A DNA stretch of 64,000 nt, taken from the NCBI GenBank assembly GCA_014237395.1, contig JABZFP010000041.1:273742-337741 (forward strand), written 5' to 3'. This stretch comes from Desulfobacteraceae bacterium (GTDB taxonomy: Bacteria > Desulfobacterota > Desulfobacteria > Desulfobacterales > UBA5852). A program made the translations under genes and the position numbers. Of the stretch, positions 1 through 8,701 are shown in pieces. The stretch's first letter is position 1, and each line of letters opens with the position of its first letter. The notes beneath the pieces were generated by a model. That model ran no database searches and had not been told where the DNA came from. It worked only from the letters and a program-made list of their open reading frames with translations.

Positions 1-350
1 TCAATGATCAGTCCCGGCAGGCCGTCAGATTCGGCATTGACCAGCCGGCAGGCGCTGAGATGGAGCCGTTTTTTCAGTTCATGACGGCTGAGAATGGCCC
101 GTTCCAGTCGGCGCCGGAAAAAGGCGGGATCGATGTGTTCCTCTTCGTTGAATGTCCAAATCCGAACGGCGATCTGCGATTTGGGGGAATAAGCCCCCCT
201 TCCCATCCATCCACCCCTGGAATTCACGATATCCACGGTTTCCCCGGCCGCCGGGCTGCCTTTCTTTTTCGCTACGGCGCCGCTGAAGACCCATGGATGT
301 TTTCGCTGAAAGGCGCTGTCGCGTTTGGGTTTGATAATGATAAAAGCCAT
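1..350 (-). CDS. rlmI: 23S rRNA (cytosine-C5)-methyltransferase RlmI family, N-terminal part. The gene runs off the left edge of the window.
   Basis: Manual reverse translation from ATG at 350-348 gives MAFIIIKPKRDSAFQRKHPWVFSGAVAKKKG...GRGAYSPKSQIAVRIWTF...ESDGLPGLIID. This matches the PUA/N-terminal region of E. coli RlmI (RRHPWVFSGAV, ARGAYSP, ESDGLPG). It is not in the ORF track because it has no stop codon inside the window. Confidence 0.8.
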   Translation of the reverse strand, partial: MAFIIIKPKRDSAFQRKHPWVFSGAVAKKKGSPAAGETVDIVNSRGGWMGRGAYSPKSQIAVRIWTFNEEEHIDPAFFRRRLERAILSRHELKKRLHLSACRLVNAESDGLPGLII

Positions 351-519
351 ATGGGTTGTATCGTTTCTTGGAAAGAGGGTTATCGAAAGCGCGGCCCGGG
401 ATCTTTCGTTCTCCGGCCGGCAAAGTCCAGCGGTCTTTCTTTAGGCATGTTCCCGTCGCTTTGTCTATCCCGCAGCCATCCTTGCCTCGGTTGGTGACGG
501 CCGCGGCCCGTTCCCTATG

Positions 520-1317
520 CTACGGCCGGCATGCCTGCTTGTATACCAGTACACGTGCTTCCTGAGTTTCATCGGCCCTTGGCCAGGAGCGATAGGCCGC
601 TGACCACGATTGACAGTGCCACCCGGCGGTGTTTTTCATCTGTTGAAGGATCGCCAGAACGTCCTCTTTAAACCCACCGTCCCATTTGAGGCTGAAGATG
701 ATCATCCCGCCAGGCCGCAGGATGCGGCTGAGTTCGAACAGCGAATCGGGCGGTGCATGGCCCGGGGTATACACGCCGGCTGCCAGCAGCCCGTCAAAAT
801 AGTGGTCCGGAAATCCCAGGGGACGACCCAGTGCCATCCGGCAAAGTAAGCGATAGGTGCCTTTGCGGCAGGCCTGTGTCAACATACCGTGCGAGCCATC
901 CATGCCCACCAGGTGGCGGTATCCCAGGCCATAAAGTTTTTCACCCAGCAGGCCGGTGCCGCTACCCAGGTCGAGCAGGCGCGCATCCCGTTTCGGAAAA
1001 TGCCGGCAGACGGCGGCCGCGACGGCATCGGGCGTGGCATAACCGAAATCCTGGACATCATGGTCATAGGTTTCCGCCCAAGCGTCATAGCCCGCCATGA
1101 GGGTGCCGTGGGACGATGCATTATACAGTCTCTTGGGCATGATTTTGACCGGGCTTGTCTTATCTCTGGTGATACCGTGGTAGTGTGAAAGGGCCATCAA
1201 CTTCCATTTTAGTGGATCGGAGGCCATTACGGGCAGCGAAACGGAGGAATAGGCAAAAGGCCGGTTGTCATCAAGCGATGGCGGTTTGATTCTGTTGATT
1301 GTTTCAGGATAGGTCAA
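520..1317 (-). CDS. Class I SAM-dependent methyltransferase. The start is uncertain: TTG at 1317, or an internal ATG such as 1140.
   Basis: Motif I LLDLGSGTGLLG, followed by ILRPGGMIIFS (post-I/II motifs). YDAWAETYD is typical of the Methyltransf_11/25 type. Confidence 0.75.
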   Translation of the reverse strand: MTYPETINRIKPPSLDDNRPFAYSSVSLPVMASDPLKWKLMALSHYHGITRDKTSPVKIMPKRLYNASSHGTLMAGYDAWAETYDHDVQDFGYATPDAVAAAVCRHFPKRDARLLDLGSGTGLLGEKLYGLGYRHLVGMDGSHGMLTQACRKGTYRLLCRMALGRPLGFPDHYFDGLLAAGVYTPGHAPPDSLFELSRILRPGGMIIFSLKWDGGFKEDVLAILQQMKNTAGWHCQSWSAAYRSWPRADETQEARVLVYKQACRP

Positions 1318-1410
1318 TCATAGCATATTATTCATGCGACGGAAAGCCGCCGATGGACCTGGTTCCGCTTGGGTCCCAGACGGTTGCCGCTCTGATTTAA
1401 CTTGACAGCT

Positions 1411-1426
1411 TGGCAGCCCTATGGCA
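1411..1426 (+). promoter_or_regulatory. Candidate sigma-54 (-24/-12) promoter.
   Basis: TGGCAGCCCTATGGCA has exact GG-N10-GC spacing. The -12 element is TGGCA rather than TTGCA. It points toward usp at 1671. Confidence 0.3.
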
Positions 1427-1670
1427 GCTATTAATAATCGTCGTTCTTCTTACGAGAATGGGACATTCCAGCGATATCTCCTTCTAAACCTCTAATCCTC
1501 AAGCTGTTAGCGAAAACGCATGCGGCCCTCTCTCGTGGCGCTGGAATCATTCTTCGGTCAACGCCATTGAACGTGCCGGTTCAACCCACCCGGCGCTGAA
1601 CCATTTTTCGGCCACCCCATTTCGCCAGGATTTGATCCGTTGCGCCCGTGACCGGGAAAGGAGGGAACCC

Positions 1671-2138
1671 ATGGATGCTCAGAGGATTCTGCTGCCGTAC
1701 AATTTCTCGCCTAATGACCAAAAATCGCTGGCATTCGTCATTCGGACCTTCGGGCCATTGGAGAGCATAGACGTAACCATTTTTCATGCCTTTACCCCCC
1801 TATCCGAAATCGAGGCGTCCGACCATCAATCCGCTACCGCCAAACTGAAACGGCGGCTTTCATACCTTACCCAGGAACTGACGGAGCGTGAAATGGCGTT
1901 GCAGGAGGTCCGTCAGTATTTGATCGGTAAAGGGTTTGATAAGGATCATGTCCGCTATGTCTTCAAATCACGCAAAGGTGAAGTGGCCGCGGCCATTGTC
2001 GAACAGACCCAGGAAGAGCACTACGATGTCATCGTCTTGAATCACAAGCCCGGCAAGGTGACACGCTTTTTTACCGGAAGTGTGTTTGCCAAGGTTGTCA
2101 CCGCGTTGCGGGATATCACCGTCTGTATCGTATCGTGA
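1671..2138 (+). CDS. Universal stress protein (UspA family).
   Basis: ATG at 1671 is preceded by GGAAAGGAGGG. The sequence has the Usp-like pattern ILLPYNFS...VIVLNHKPGKVTRFFTGSVFAKVV. Confidence 0.8.
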   Translation: MDAQRILLPYNFSPNDQKSLAFVIRTFGPLESIDVTIFHAFTPLSEIEASDHQSATAKLKRRLSYLTQELTEREMALQEVRQYLIGKGFDKDHVRYVFKSRKGEVAAAIVEQTQEEHYDVIVLNHKPGKVTRFFTGSVFAKVVTALRDITVCIVS

Positions 2139-2202
2139 CGTAAACGGCGCCGGTGTCGGTCGCTGGCGACCGCCACAAGGTGCTCCGATAAGGAGAGATG
2201 CC

Positions 2203-2757
2203 ATGCAAACCGAGGACAAAATCAATATCGAAATCTTCAAGGTTGTCACCCGGGCGATTGCGGAATCGAATAATCTTGAAATCATGGCCAAGCATCTTGC
2301 GCAACTTATGGTGGGTGCCCTGGAGATTAAGGGTGCCACCATTTTCGCCACCAATGTGGAGACCAAAGAACTCGAGGATCTGGGCAGTTTCGGTCTCAGT
2401 ATTCGCTATATGAACAAAGGGCCGATTCATATCAACCGCAGCATCAAGAGTGTCGAAAAGCATAAGGCGGTGGTCGTCAAAGACGTCAAAAACTCAGACC
2501 TGCTGGAGTATACCTCGGATGCGATCCAGGAAGGCATCGGGGCGATCGTTTCAGTCCCGATAAATTTCAGCGGCCGGGTGATCGGTGTGCTCCGGCTCTA
2601 CCACCATGATCAATGGGATATTTCGGATCGGGACTTGGATTCCCTCTTCGTCCTGGCGGAAATCATCGGTTTGGCGATGATGTATGCCCGCATGAACAAT
2701 GCGATCCATGATGTCAAAAACATCGTCGGGGATGTTCACGACGCCTGGCTGGAATGA
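2203..2757 (+). CDS. GAF domain-containing protein.
   Basis: ATG at 2203 follows AAGGAGAG. GAF-like core: GATIFATN...IGAIVSVPINFSGRVIGVLRLYH. Confidence 0.75.
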   Translation: MQTEDKINIEIFKVVTRAIAESNNLEIMAKHLAQLMVGALEIKGATIFATNVETKELEDLGSFGLSIRYMNKGPIHINRSIKSVEKHKAVVVKDVKNSDLLEYTSDAIQEGIGAIVSVPINFSGRVIGVLRLYHHDQWDISDRDLDSLFVLAEIIGLAMMYARMNNAIHDVKNIVGDVHDAWLE

Positions 2758-2797
2758 TGGCGCGAGGTGTTCCCATGTTGTCACCCAAAATAAAAAA

Positions 2798-2828
2798 AGC
2801 CGGCCCTCTTACGGGGGCCGGCTTTTTT
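2798..2828. terminator. Bidirectional rho-independent terminator between convergent genes.
   Basis: AAAAAAA-GCCGGCCC-tcttacgg-GGGCCGGC-TTTTTT. Confidence 0.75.
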
Positions 2829-2848
2829 AGGTTAGGCGGATGGTTCCC

Positions 2849-3463
2849 TCAGGCCGCCGGATCGGCCAGACAGCCGATTGCACGAAAATGGATCCCGCAA
2901 AAAATCATGATGGCGGCGATGGCGCCCAGGCCATCGGCCAGTATATCTTTCTGGGCATCCCAGATATCCCCCTGTGATCCCAAGACGGCGGCACCGGCTG
3001 TCGGGTCGGCGGAAACGGCATAGCGCCATTCAAAAATTTCATAAACGCCGGCCACGGCCAGAATAAAACAAATCGGAAACATGATCAGCACAAAACGGGA
3101 TGCCACGAGCCGCTTGCGCAATAGGAGTTCGGCCAGGGGATAGGCATAAAACCCCACAGTGAAATGCGCCATGCGGTCATAATGATTACGCGAAAAGCCG
3201 AAGAAATCGGTCACCCAACCAAACGGCACCCGCTCGAAAGTGAAATGCCCGCCGATGGTGTGGAGAACAATCAGGCACGCCATCATCAGGTAGGCGGTGT
3301 TGGAAAAGGTGAACCACCGCTTGCTGAATACCAGGGCGGCCACGATGAGCATGATCGGAAGGTTTTCCGCGAACCAAACGGCCCGGTCATACGGGTGGAT
3401 CGCCAGCAGGGTAAACAATACCAGGTAGAAGACCAGAAGCAGGTGTGGAAATCGTTGCGTCAT
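2849..3463 (-). CDS. DUF2238 / YjdF-family inner membrane protein.
   Basis: Multi-TM protein. LAIHPYDR..WFAENLP...HTIGGHFTFERVPFG...RNHYDRMAHF resembles the YjdF family. ATG at 3463. Confidence 0.7.
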   Translation of the reverse strand: MTQRFPHLLLVFYLVLFTLLAIHPYDRAVWFAENLPIMLIVAALVFSKRWFTFSNTAYLMMACLIVLHTIGGHFTFERVPFGWVTDFFGFSRNHYDRMAHFTVGFYAYPLAELLLRKRLVASRFVLIMFPICFILAVAGVYEIFEWRYAVSADPTAGAAVLGSQGDIWDAQKDILADGLGAIAAIMIFCGIHFRAIGCLADPAA

Positions 3464-3476
3464 GGGCCAGATCCTT

Positions 3477-4124
3477 TTATGGGGTTCCAAGAAAAGCGAC
3501 CACCCGCGTTGGGGCACCATCGGATTCGGTTATGTGAAGGGGGAGACAAACCAGCTCCGCAAAGCGGCCCTCCGGCAGGCGATCGAGGTTTGCTATGTTT
3601 TCGATGATCAGAACACGGTTTTCCAGCAGAATGCGGTGCACGGGATAATCGGTCGTATCCATCGTATCCACGGAGAGGGTATCCACACCGATTCCCTTGA
3701 GGCCGAATTCGGATAGCCGTCTGGCCGCCGCTGTGGAGAGAACCGGAAACCCCTCAAAATAACGGGAAGCGCCCCAATAGCGACCCCACCCCGTGCGCAA
3801 CAGCACAAAATCGCTTTCCGGCAATTCCTCTTGGTAATGCTGCAAGGCGTCCCATTCGACCACCCCATCCCGCGTCATCGATACATCGATGCATAGACCG
3901 GTGCCGCGAAAATGGTCTACAGGGAAGTGGTCCAGGGTTTCTCCCCGGCCTAAAAGATGGGCCGGGGCATCCATATGGGTTCCGGTGTGGGAACAGACGG
4001 TCAGTTGTCGTTCACGGAAATGGTCCCGGTCGAACTCCGCGATGGCATGGACGACCGGTGAAGGCGTTCCCGGGTATACGGGCATGCCGGCAGCGAGGGG
4101 ATAAGTCAAGTCAATGGCTGGCAT
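3477..4124 (-). CDS. Cyclase-family protein (kynurenine formamidase-like fold).
   Basis: HTGTHMDAPAHL motif (HxGTHxDAPxH). ATG at 4124 follows AAGGA; the alternative start is 4148. Confidence 0.8.
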   Translation of the reverse strand: MPAIDLTYPLAAGMPVYPGTPSPVVHAIAEFDRDHFRERQLTVCSHTGTHMDAPAHLLGRGETLDHFPVDHFRGTGLCIDVSMTRDGVVEWDALQHYQEELPESDFVLLRTGWGRYWGASRYFEGFPVLSTAAARRLSEFGLKGIGVDTLSVDTMDTTDYPVHRILLENRVLIIENIANLDRLPEGRFAELVCLPLHITESDGAPTRVVAFLGTP

Positions 4125-4160
4125 AGCGGTCCTTTTGGTGCGGCGCAATTCGGCCGTCGA

Positions 4161-4988
4161 TTATTCACGGTCGGGAAGGACGGAGCCGCCGTCACGACCC
4201 TGACCCGTGGACAAAAACGAATTGATAGCTTCCCAGTACCGAGGGGCCAACTGAATATCATTGTGGCCGACGCCTTCGATCATAACCGTGTCTACCGGTC
4301 CTCCCCACACCTCAGATAGCCGGATGGCGTGTTGGCTGGGAATGATCGTGTCCTGCCGGCCGATGAGGATCAGGGCCGGTATGCTGATATCCGGGGCCAG
4401 GGCGGCCGAGTCGAAAGGGTGTTTCAGGAGCAATCTGACGGGCAGCACCGGGTAGTGGCGGCGTGCCACGTTCAGCAGGCTGTCAAAAGGGGTGACCAGG
4501 ATGACGCCCCGCACCGGACGATGGGCAGCCACATGAACCGCCACACCCGATCCCAGACTGCGTCCCACGAGGACGATGTGGTTCAGGGGGATTTTCTCCC
4601 GGGCGGACAAAGTGTCCAGGATATAAAGCGCATCGCGGCAGAGATTTTGCTGGGAGGGCTTGCCCTCGCTGTCCCCGTACCCCCGGTAGTTCATGAAAAG
4701 ATAGGCCCCGGCTTCCAGACGCGCCATGTCCCAGAGGTTGCCGGACACTTCTTCGGCATTGCCCCCGTAGTACACTACCAAAGGACGGTTTGCTGACACC
4801 TTGCCGGGGACGTACCAGCCCTGAAGCTGTTTGCCCTCGTGGTCAAGGGTCAGGGCATATTCGGCAAACGGTTCCCTGTTTTGCGATGGAACCGGTTGGG
4901 AGAAAAAGATCAAGGCCCCCTGAAAGATATACAGGAGGGCGATGCCGATGATGGCAACGGGGATCAAAATTTTCATGGCTTCCAGCAT
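4161..4988 (-). CDS. Alpha/beta hydrolase with an N-terminal membrane anchor.
   Basis: Nucleophile elbow GRSLGSG. A C-terminal GVGHND supplies the catalytic His. N-terminal hydrophobic helix KILIPVAIIGIALLYIF. Confidence 0.8.
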   Translation of the reverse strand: MLEAMKILIPVAIIGIALLYIFQGALIFFSQPVPSQNREPFAEYALTLDHEGKQLQGWYVPGKVSANRPLVVYYGGNAEEVSGNLWDMARLEAGAYLFMNYRGYGDSEGKPSQQNLCRDALYILDTLSAREKIPLNHIVLVGRSLGSGVAVHVAAHRPVRGVILVTPFDSLLNVARRHYPVLPVRLLLKHPFDSAALAPDISIPALILIGRQDTIIPSQHAIRLSEVWGGPVDTVMIEGVGHNDIQLAPRYWEAINSFLSTGQGRDGGSVLPDRE

Positions 4989-5013
4989 GGCGATTGTTTC
5001 CAGACCGACGGGA

Positions 5014-5394
5014 TTAGGTTTTAGAGACGGGGTGTGGTTCCAGATTGCGCAACGGCACCCATCCGCTTTCGCCGTTTGTGCGCCGAGACCAGGCCCAGCC
5101 ATTCAAGATGGTGATGACATTCAGGGTTTCCCCCTTCTGGATGCTGAGCTCGCGGGCGCTGTAATCTTCTCGCGCCGTGCCTGTAGATCCAAGGATCGTC
5201 AGCAGGCTGCGCGGCACCCATCCCCCTTTGTCGGTTTTGCTTTCACACCAGAGCCAGTCTTTCCATTCCGGGTCGCCGTCGTAATCTTGACCAACGTGGA
5301 CCGTGTCGCCCCTGCGCAAGATAATCGGGTCGGCATTGGCGCTCCGGTAAGATTTAACGACACGATACCGTGACGTGACTGTCTGATCGCTCAT
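5014..5394 (-). CDS. Tandem SH3-like domain protein.
   Basis: Two repeats end in GGWVPRSLL and SGWVPLRNL, each preceded by an (L)xxGD/E pattern typical of bacterial SH3 domains. Confidence 0.65.
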   Translation of the reverse strand: MSDQTVTSRYRVVKSYRSANADPIILRRGDTVHVGQDYDGDPEWKDWLWCESKTDKGGWVPRSLLTILGSTGTAREDYSARELSIQKGETLNVITILNGWAWSRRTNGESGWVPLRNLEPHPVSKT

Positions 5395-5566
5395 TGTGGA
5401 TGCCCTTCAGAAAAGCCGCGCAATCAAAAATCGGTGTCCACGCCCATCAAAGAATGAAAGGTGGCGAAGTATGGGGTGTGTGGCTGCGATGCGGTCATCA
5501 TAGCATGAACGTATTTGAAAGCCAGAGATAGACGGTCTGTCAATCGGAAATCACAATTTTTTACCG

Positions 5567-6241
5567 TCACATGACGGCATGCAGCAAAAGCTTGGCATCC
5601 AGGATCATCCAACCGGTATGGCTCCAGACGATGGGGTTCAGGTCCAGCTGGTCGAAGCGCGGTCCCAGGGCGTCCACCAGGCGGCTCACGGTGACGATCA
5701 GCCGGGCCAATGCCGCCGGGTCCAGCTGCAAACCGCGATAACCTTCGAATACCGGCCAGATTTTGAGTTCTTCGAGCATACGGCGGGCCTCGGCGTCGTC
5801 GAGAGGGGCCAGACGAAAGGCCACATCATGGGCGATTTCCGTCAGGATACCGCCGGCGCCGACCATGACGGCGGGCCCGAATCCAGGGTCGATCAAGCCA
5901 CCGGCGATCATTTCCGGGCCGTCGAAGGACACCATCTGCTCGACCAGGATGGCGGTTTCGGGGAACGCGTTACGCAGGGCGCCCAGCGCCATCGCCAGCT
6001 CTTCCGGCCCCAGGTTCAGGTGGACGCCGTGGAGATCGGTTTTATGAACGATATCCGGCGAGCATACTTTGGCCACGAAGGGCCCTGAAAATTCCGGCAC
6101 GCCATCGATGGCCGCCGGCCCGATTCGAATGCCGCGTGGAACGGTCAGCCCCAATCGCGACAGCAGGCGTTTGACCTCGTATTCGTCCGGCCGGTCGGTG
6201 ACGGTCAGTTCGGCACGCCATTGATCCAGGATGGTGTTCAT
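5567..6241 (-). CDS. Acetate--CoA ligase (ADP-forming) family, ATP-grasp (beta) subunit.
   Basis: ATP-grasp_5-like sequence: PFVAKVCSPDIVHKTDLHGVHLNL...MVGAGGILTE...LDLNPI. Overlaps the upstream CoA-binding subunit by 4 nt. Confidence 0.8.
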   Translation of the reverse strand: MNTILDQWRAELTVTDRPDEYEVKRLLSRLGLTVPRGIRIGPAAIDGVPEFSGPFVAKVCSPDIVHKTDLHGVHLNLGPEELAMALGALRNAFPETAILVEQMVSFDGPEMIAGGLIDPGFGPAVMVGAGGILTEIAHDVAFRLAPLDDAEARRMLEELKIWPVFEGYRGLQLDPAALARLIVTVSRLVDALGPRFDQLDLNPIVWSHTGWMILDAKLLLHAVM

Positions 6242-7659
6242 GGCTGCTCCTTCAAGGCGGCCAGGATGCGGGCCCGTTCCACCAGGAAGCGCGCCGCCCG
6301 GACCGCCCGGCTGACGGAAGGGAAACCCACGACACCGGCGTCGTGAAAACGGCGCAGGTAGAGATCAGTAAACGGACCATACTGGGTGAAGGTGATCAGC
6401 GGTTTGGGGCTGCGAGGCACCCGGGCCGCGATTTCGGCGATCAGGCCGTCGGAAATCGCCGGAGGGGCAAAAAAAGCGGTACAAATGATGATGTCGACGC
6501 CGTCGTCTTCGATCAGGGCGTCGAGACTGCGTCCGAACATGCCATCGTCGGCGCTGGCCGTGAGATCCACCGGGTTTTCGCAGGCGGCAAAGGGAAAGGT
6601 GGCGTCACGGATGCGGCGGACGGTGCGCGGTGCAAGCGCGGCCATGCTGAGCGGCATACTGCGCTGGTCGGCTTCGATGTAATCGGCGGCCATGACCCCG
6701 AACCCGCCGGCGGGGGTCAGAACGGCGACACGCGGTCCGCGTGCCGGCGGCAGCATGGCCAGGCACTTGGAGGCATCGCACAGCTCTTCGTCATCGAGGA
6801 CCCGCTGGATGCCGAACTGCCGGAAAGCGCCACTGACCACGGCGTCCATGCCGGCCAGGCGGCCCGTATGGCTGCTGACCGCCCTCGCACCGGCGGCGGT
6901 GCGGCCGGCCTTCAGCACGAGAACCGGTTTGTGCGGCGTCACCTGACGGGCCTTTTCCAGGAATCGCCGGCCGTGGGCGATGTTTTCGAGGTAGAAGGCC
7001 AGACAGGTCGTTTCCGGATCCCGGCCAAAATAATCGAGAAAGTCGAGCTCATCGAGATCGCATTTGTTGCCTAATCCGACAAAGGCGCGCATGCCGTAGC
7101 CGGTGTTGCTGGCCAGGCCCAGCGCTTCGACCCCCACCGAGCCGCTCTGGGTGATGAAGGTCACCCCGCCGCCGCTTCCCAGGGCCTTGTCGCCATGCTC
7201 CACAAAAATGGTGTCCAGCCGTTCCCCGGGGATAAAAACACCGAGCGAATTGGGTCCCAGGATCCGTGTCTCGAAACGGCTGACGATTTCCTGCAGGCGC
7301 GCTTCAAGCCGGGCCCCCGCAGCCCCGGTTTCACCGAAGCCGCCCGCCACGATAATCAGGAAAGGGATCTTTTTGACCGCGCAGGCTTCGGCCGCGGCGA
7401 CGGCGGCTTCGGCCCCGGTAGCCAGCAGGGCCACGTCGATGCCCTCGGGCAGCATGGCAATTTCCGCAAAGGCCGTGTAACCCATGATATGCGATTCCCG
7501 GGGATGGACCGGATACAGTTTGCGCAGGGACGGGATCAGGCGTTCGAAGATGATGCGTCCAATGCTGCCTTCCCGGTTGCTGGCGCCGATGACGGCGATG
7601 GCTTTGGGATTGAAAAGGCGCTTTAGGTCGGGCCGGTTTGGCGTCATCCCAATTGGCAT
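6238..7659 (-). CDS. Acetate--CoA ligase (ADP-forming) family, CoA-binding (alpha) subunit.
   Basis: PKAIAVIGASNREGSIG CoA-binding motif; succinyl-CoA-synthetase-like flavodoxin domains; HTGRLAG phospho-His loop. Confidence 0.85.
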   Translation of the reverse strand: MPIGMTPNRPDLKRLFNPKAIAVIGASNREGSIGRIIFERLIPSLRKLYPVHPRESHIMGYTAFAEIAMLPEGIDVALLATGAEAAVAAAEACAVKKIPFLIIVAGGFGETGAAGARLEARLQEIVSRFETRILGPNSLGVFIPGERLDTIFVEHGDKALGSGGGVTFITQSGSVGVEALGLASNTGYGMRAFVGLGNKCDLDELDFLDYFGRDPETTCLAFYLENIAHGRRFLEKARQVTPHKPVLVLKAGRTAAGARAVSSHTGRLAGMDAVVSGAFRQFGIQRVLDDEELCDASKCLAMLPPARGPRVAVLTPAGGFGVMAADYIEADQRSMPLSMAALAPRTVRRIRDATFPFAACENPVDLTASADDGMFGRSLDALIEDDGVDIIICTAFFAPPAISDGLIAEIAARVPRSPKPLITFTQYGPFTDLYLRRFHDAGVVGFPSVSRAVRAARFLVERARILAALKEQP

Positions 7660-7698
7660 CCTTTCCTTTTTTCCGCGGCAAAATTTCGGAACCGGCGA

Positions 7699-8193
7699 TT
7701 AAGAACCGTTTAGTGCCTGGGCAAAAGCCGCCGGTGCAAACCCCACAATGGGCCGTCCGTTGATTACCGTTACGGGAACCCCCCCGCGCGGGTTGTATCG
7801 CTTGTGGCGCCGCGCGGCTTTAGGGTCTTTCTCGATGTCATATTCTTTAAAAACAATTCCCCGGGATTGAAAGTAGTTTTTCGCATCCCGGCAATAGCGG
7901 CACCAACTCGTGGTATAGATCTCGACCGTGACATCCTTGCGCTCCTGAGCGGCTGGCGGGTCCATGGTCGCAGGGGATTGGGCGGTCTCCGCTGCTGTTG
8001 GTGGGGGTGACAACGGGCGGCCGGCAACCCCTTGGCGGGTTTCGACAGCGCCTTCGACCCGGTTCGCTTCCGGGGCCTGGTCGGAATAGTGCGTGGCGCC
8101 TTGGTCGTCGACCCACTTGTAAATCGAACCTGCCACGGCTGCGCTGGTCAGCAGCAACAGGAGTACGATGGTATGCCGGATCGTATGCCGCAT
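7699..8193 (-). CDS. Secreted DUF4124 + glutaredoxin-domain protein.
   Basis: Signal peptide from ATG at 8193. DUF4124 signature IYKWVDDQGATHYSDQ. Glutaredoxin CxxC: YTTSWCRYCRDAKNYF...GVPVTVINGRPIVGF. Confidence 0.75.
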   Translation of the reverse strand: MRHTIRHTIVLLLLLTSAAVAGSIYKWVDDQGATHYSDQAPEANRVEGAVETRQGVAGRPLSPPPTAAETAQSPATMDPPAAQERKDVTVEIYTTSWCRYCRDAKNYFQSRGIVFKEYDIEKDPKAARRHKRYNPRGGVPVTVINGRPIVGFAPAAFAQALNGS

Positions 8194-8221
8194 GATGCGA
8201 TTGTCCCCCGGATGGCAGGCG

Positions 8222-8647
8222 CTATGGGATGTCCAGAACCGCCAGCGTGATGCGTGATATGCAGACCAGGCGTTCCTGGTCGTCCCGGATGTGAATCTGC
8301 CAGATTTGGGTGGAATGGCCGATATGCAGCGGTTTGACCGTGCCGGTGACATGCCCGCCACGGACCGAGCGCACATGGTTGGCGTTTATCTCGATCCCCA
8401 CGGCCATCTTTTGGGTCGGGTCGATGCATAGATAGGCCGCCACGCTGCCCAGTGTTTCGGCCAGGACCACGGAGGCGCCCCCGTGCAGAATTCGCGCCGG
8501 CTGGACGGTGCGGTGATCCACCGGCATGCGGGCCTGGATGTAGTCGTCACCGATAGCGGTATACTCGATGCCGATATGCGCGACGAGCGTGTCGGTGGAC
8601 CGTGTGTTCAGCTTTTCAACGGTGGTCGATCTCGCCCAGATGCCCAT
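8222..8647 (-). CDS. PaaI-family hotdog thioesterase.
   Basis: LHGGASVVLAETLGS...GIEINANHVR...G core typical of PaaI/YdiI. Confidence 0.8.
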   Translation of the reverse strand: MGIWARSTTVEKLNTRSTDTLVAHIGIEYTAIGDDYIQARMPVDHRTVQPARILHGGASVVLAETLGSVAAYLCIDPTQKMAVGIEINANHVRSVRGGHVTGTVKPLHIGHSTQIWQIHIRDDQERLVCISRITLAVLDIP

Positions 8648-8701
8648 CGGGTCTCCTGTTTCGCCAGGGGGCAGAGGGTGCCTCTGTCCAGCCCTGCGGC
8701 G

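Noticed and set aside
60-497. 145-aa plus-strand ORF and the 79-423 minus-strand ORF at the left edge.
   Set aside because: A different minus-strand frame (1-350) encodes an unmistakable RlmI N-terminus that runs off the window. The listed ORFs are shadows of it.
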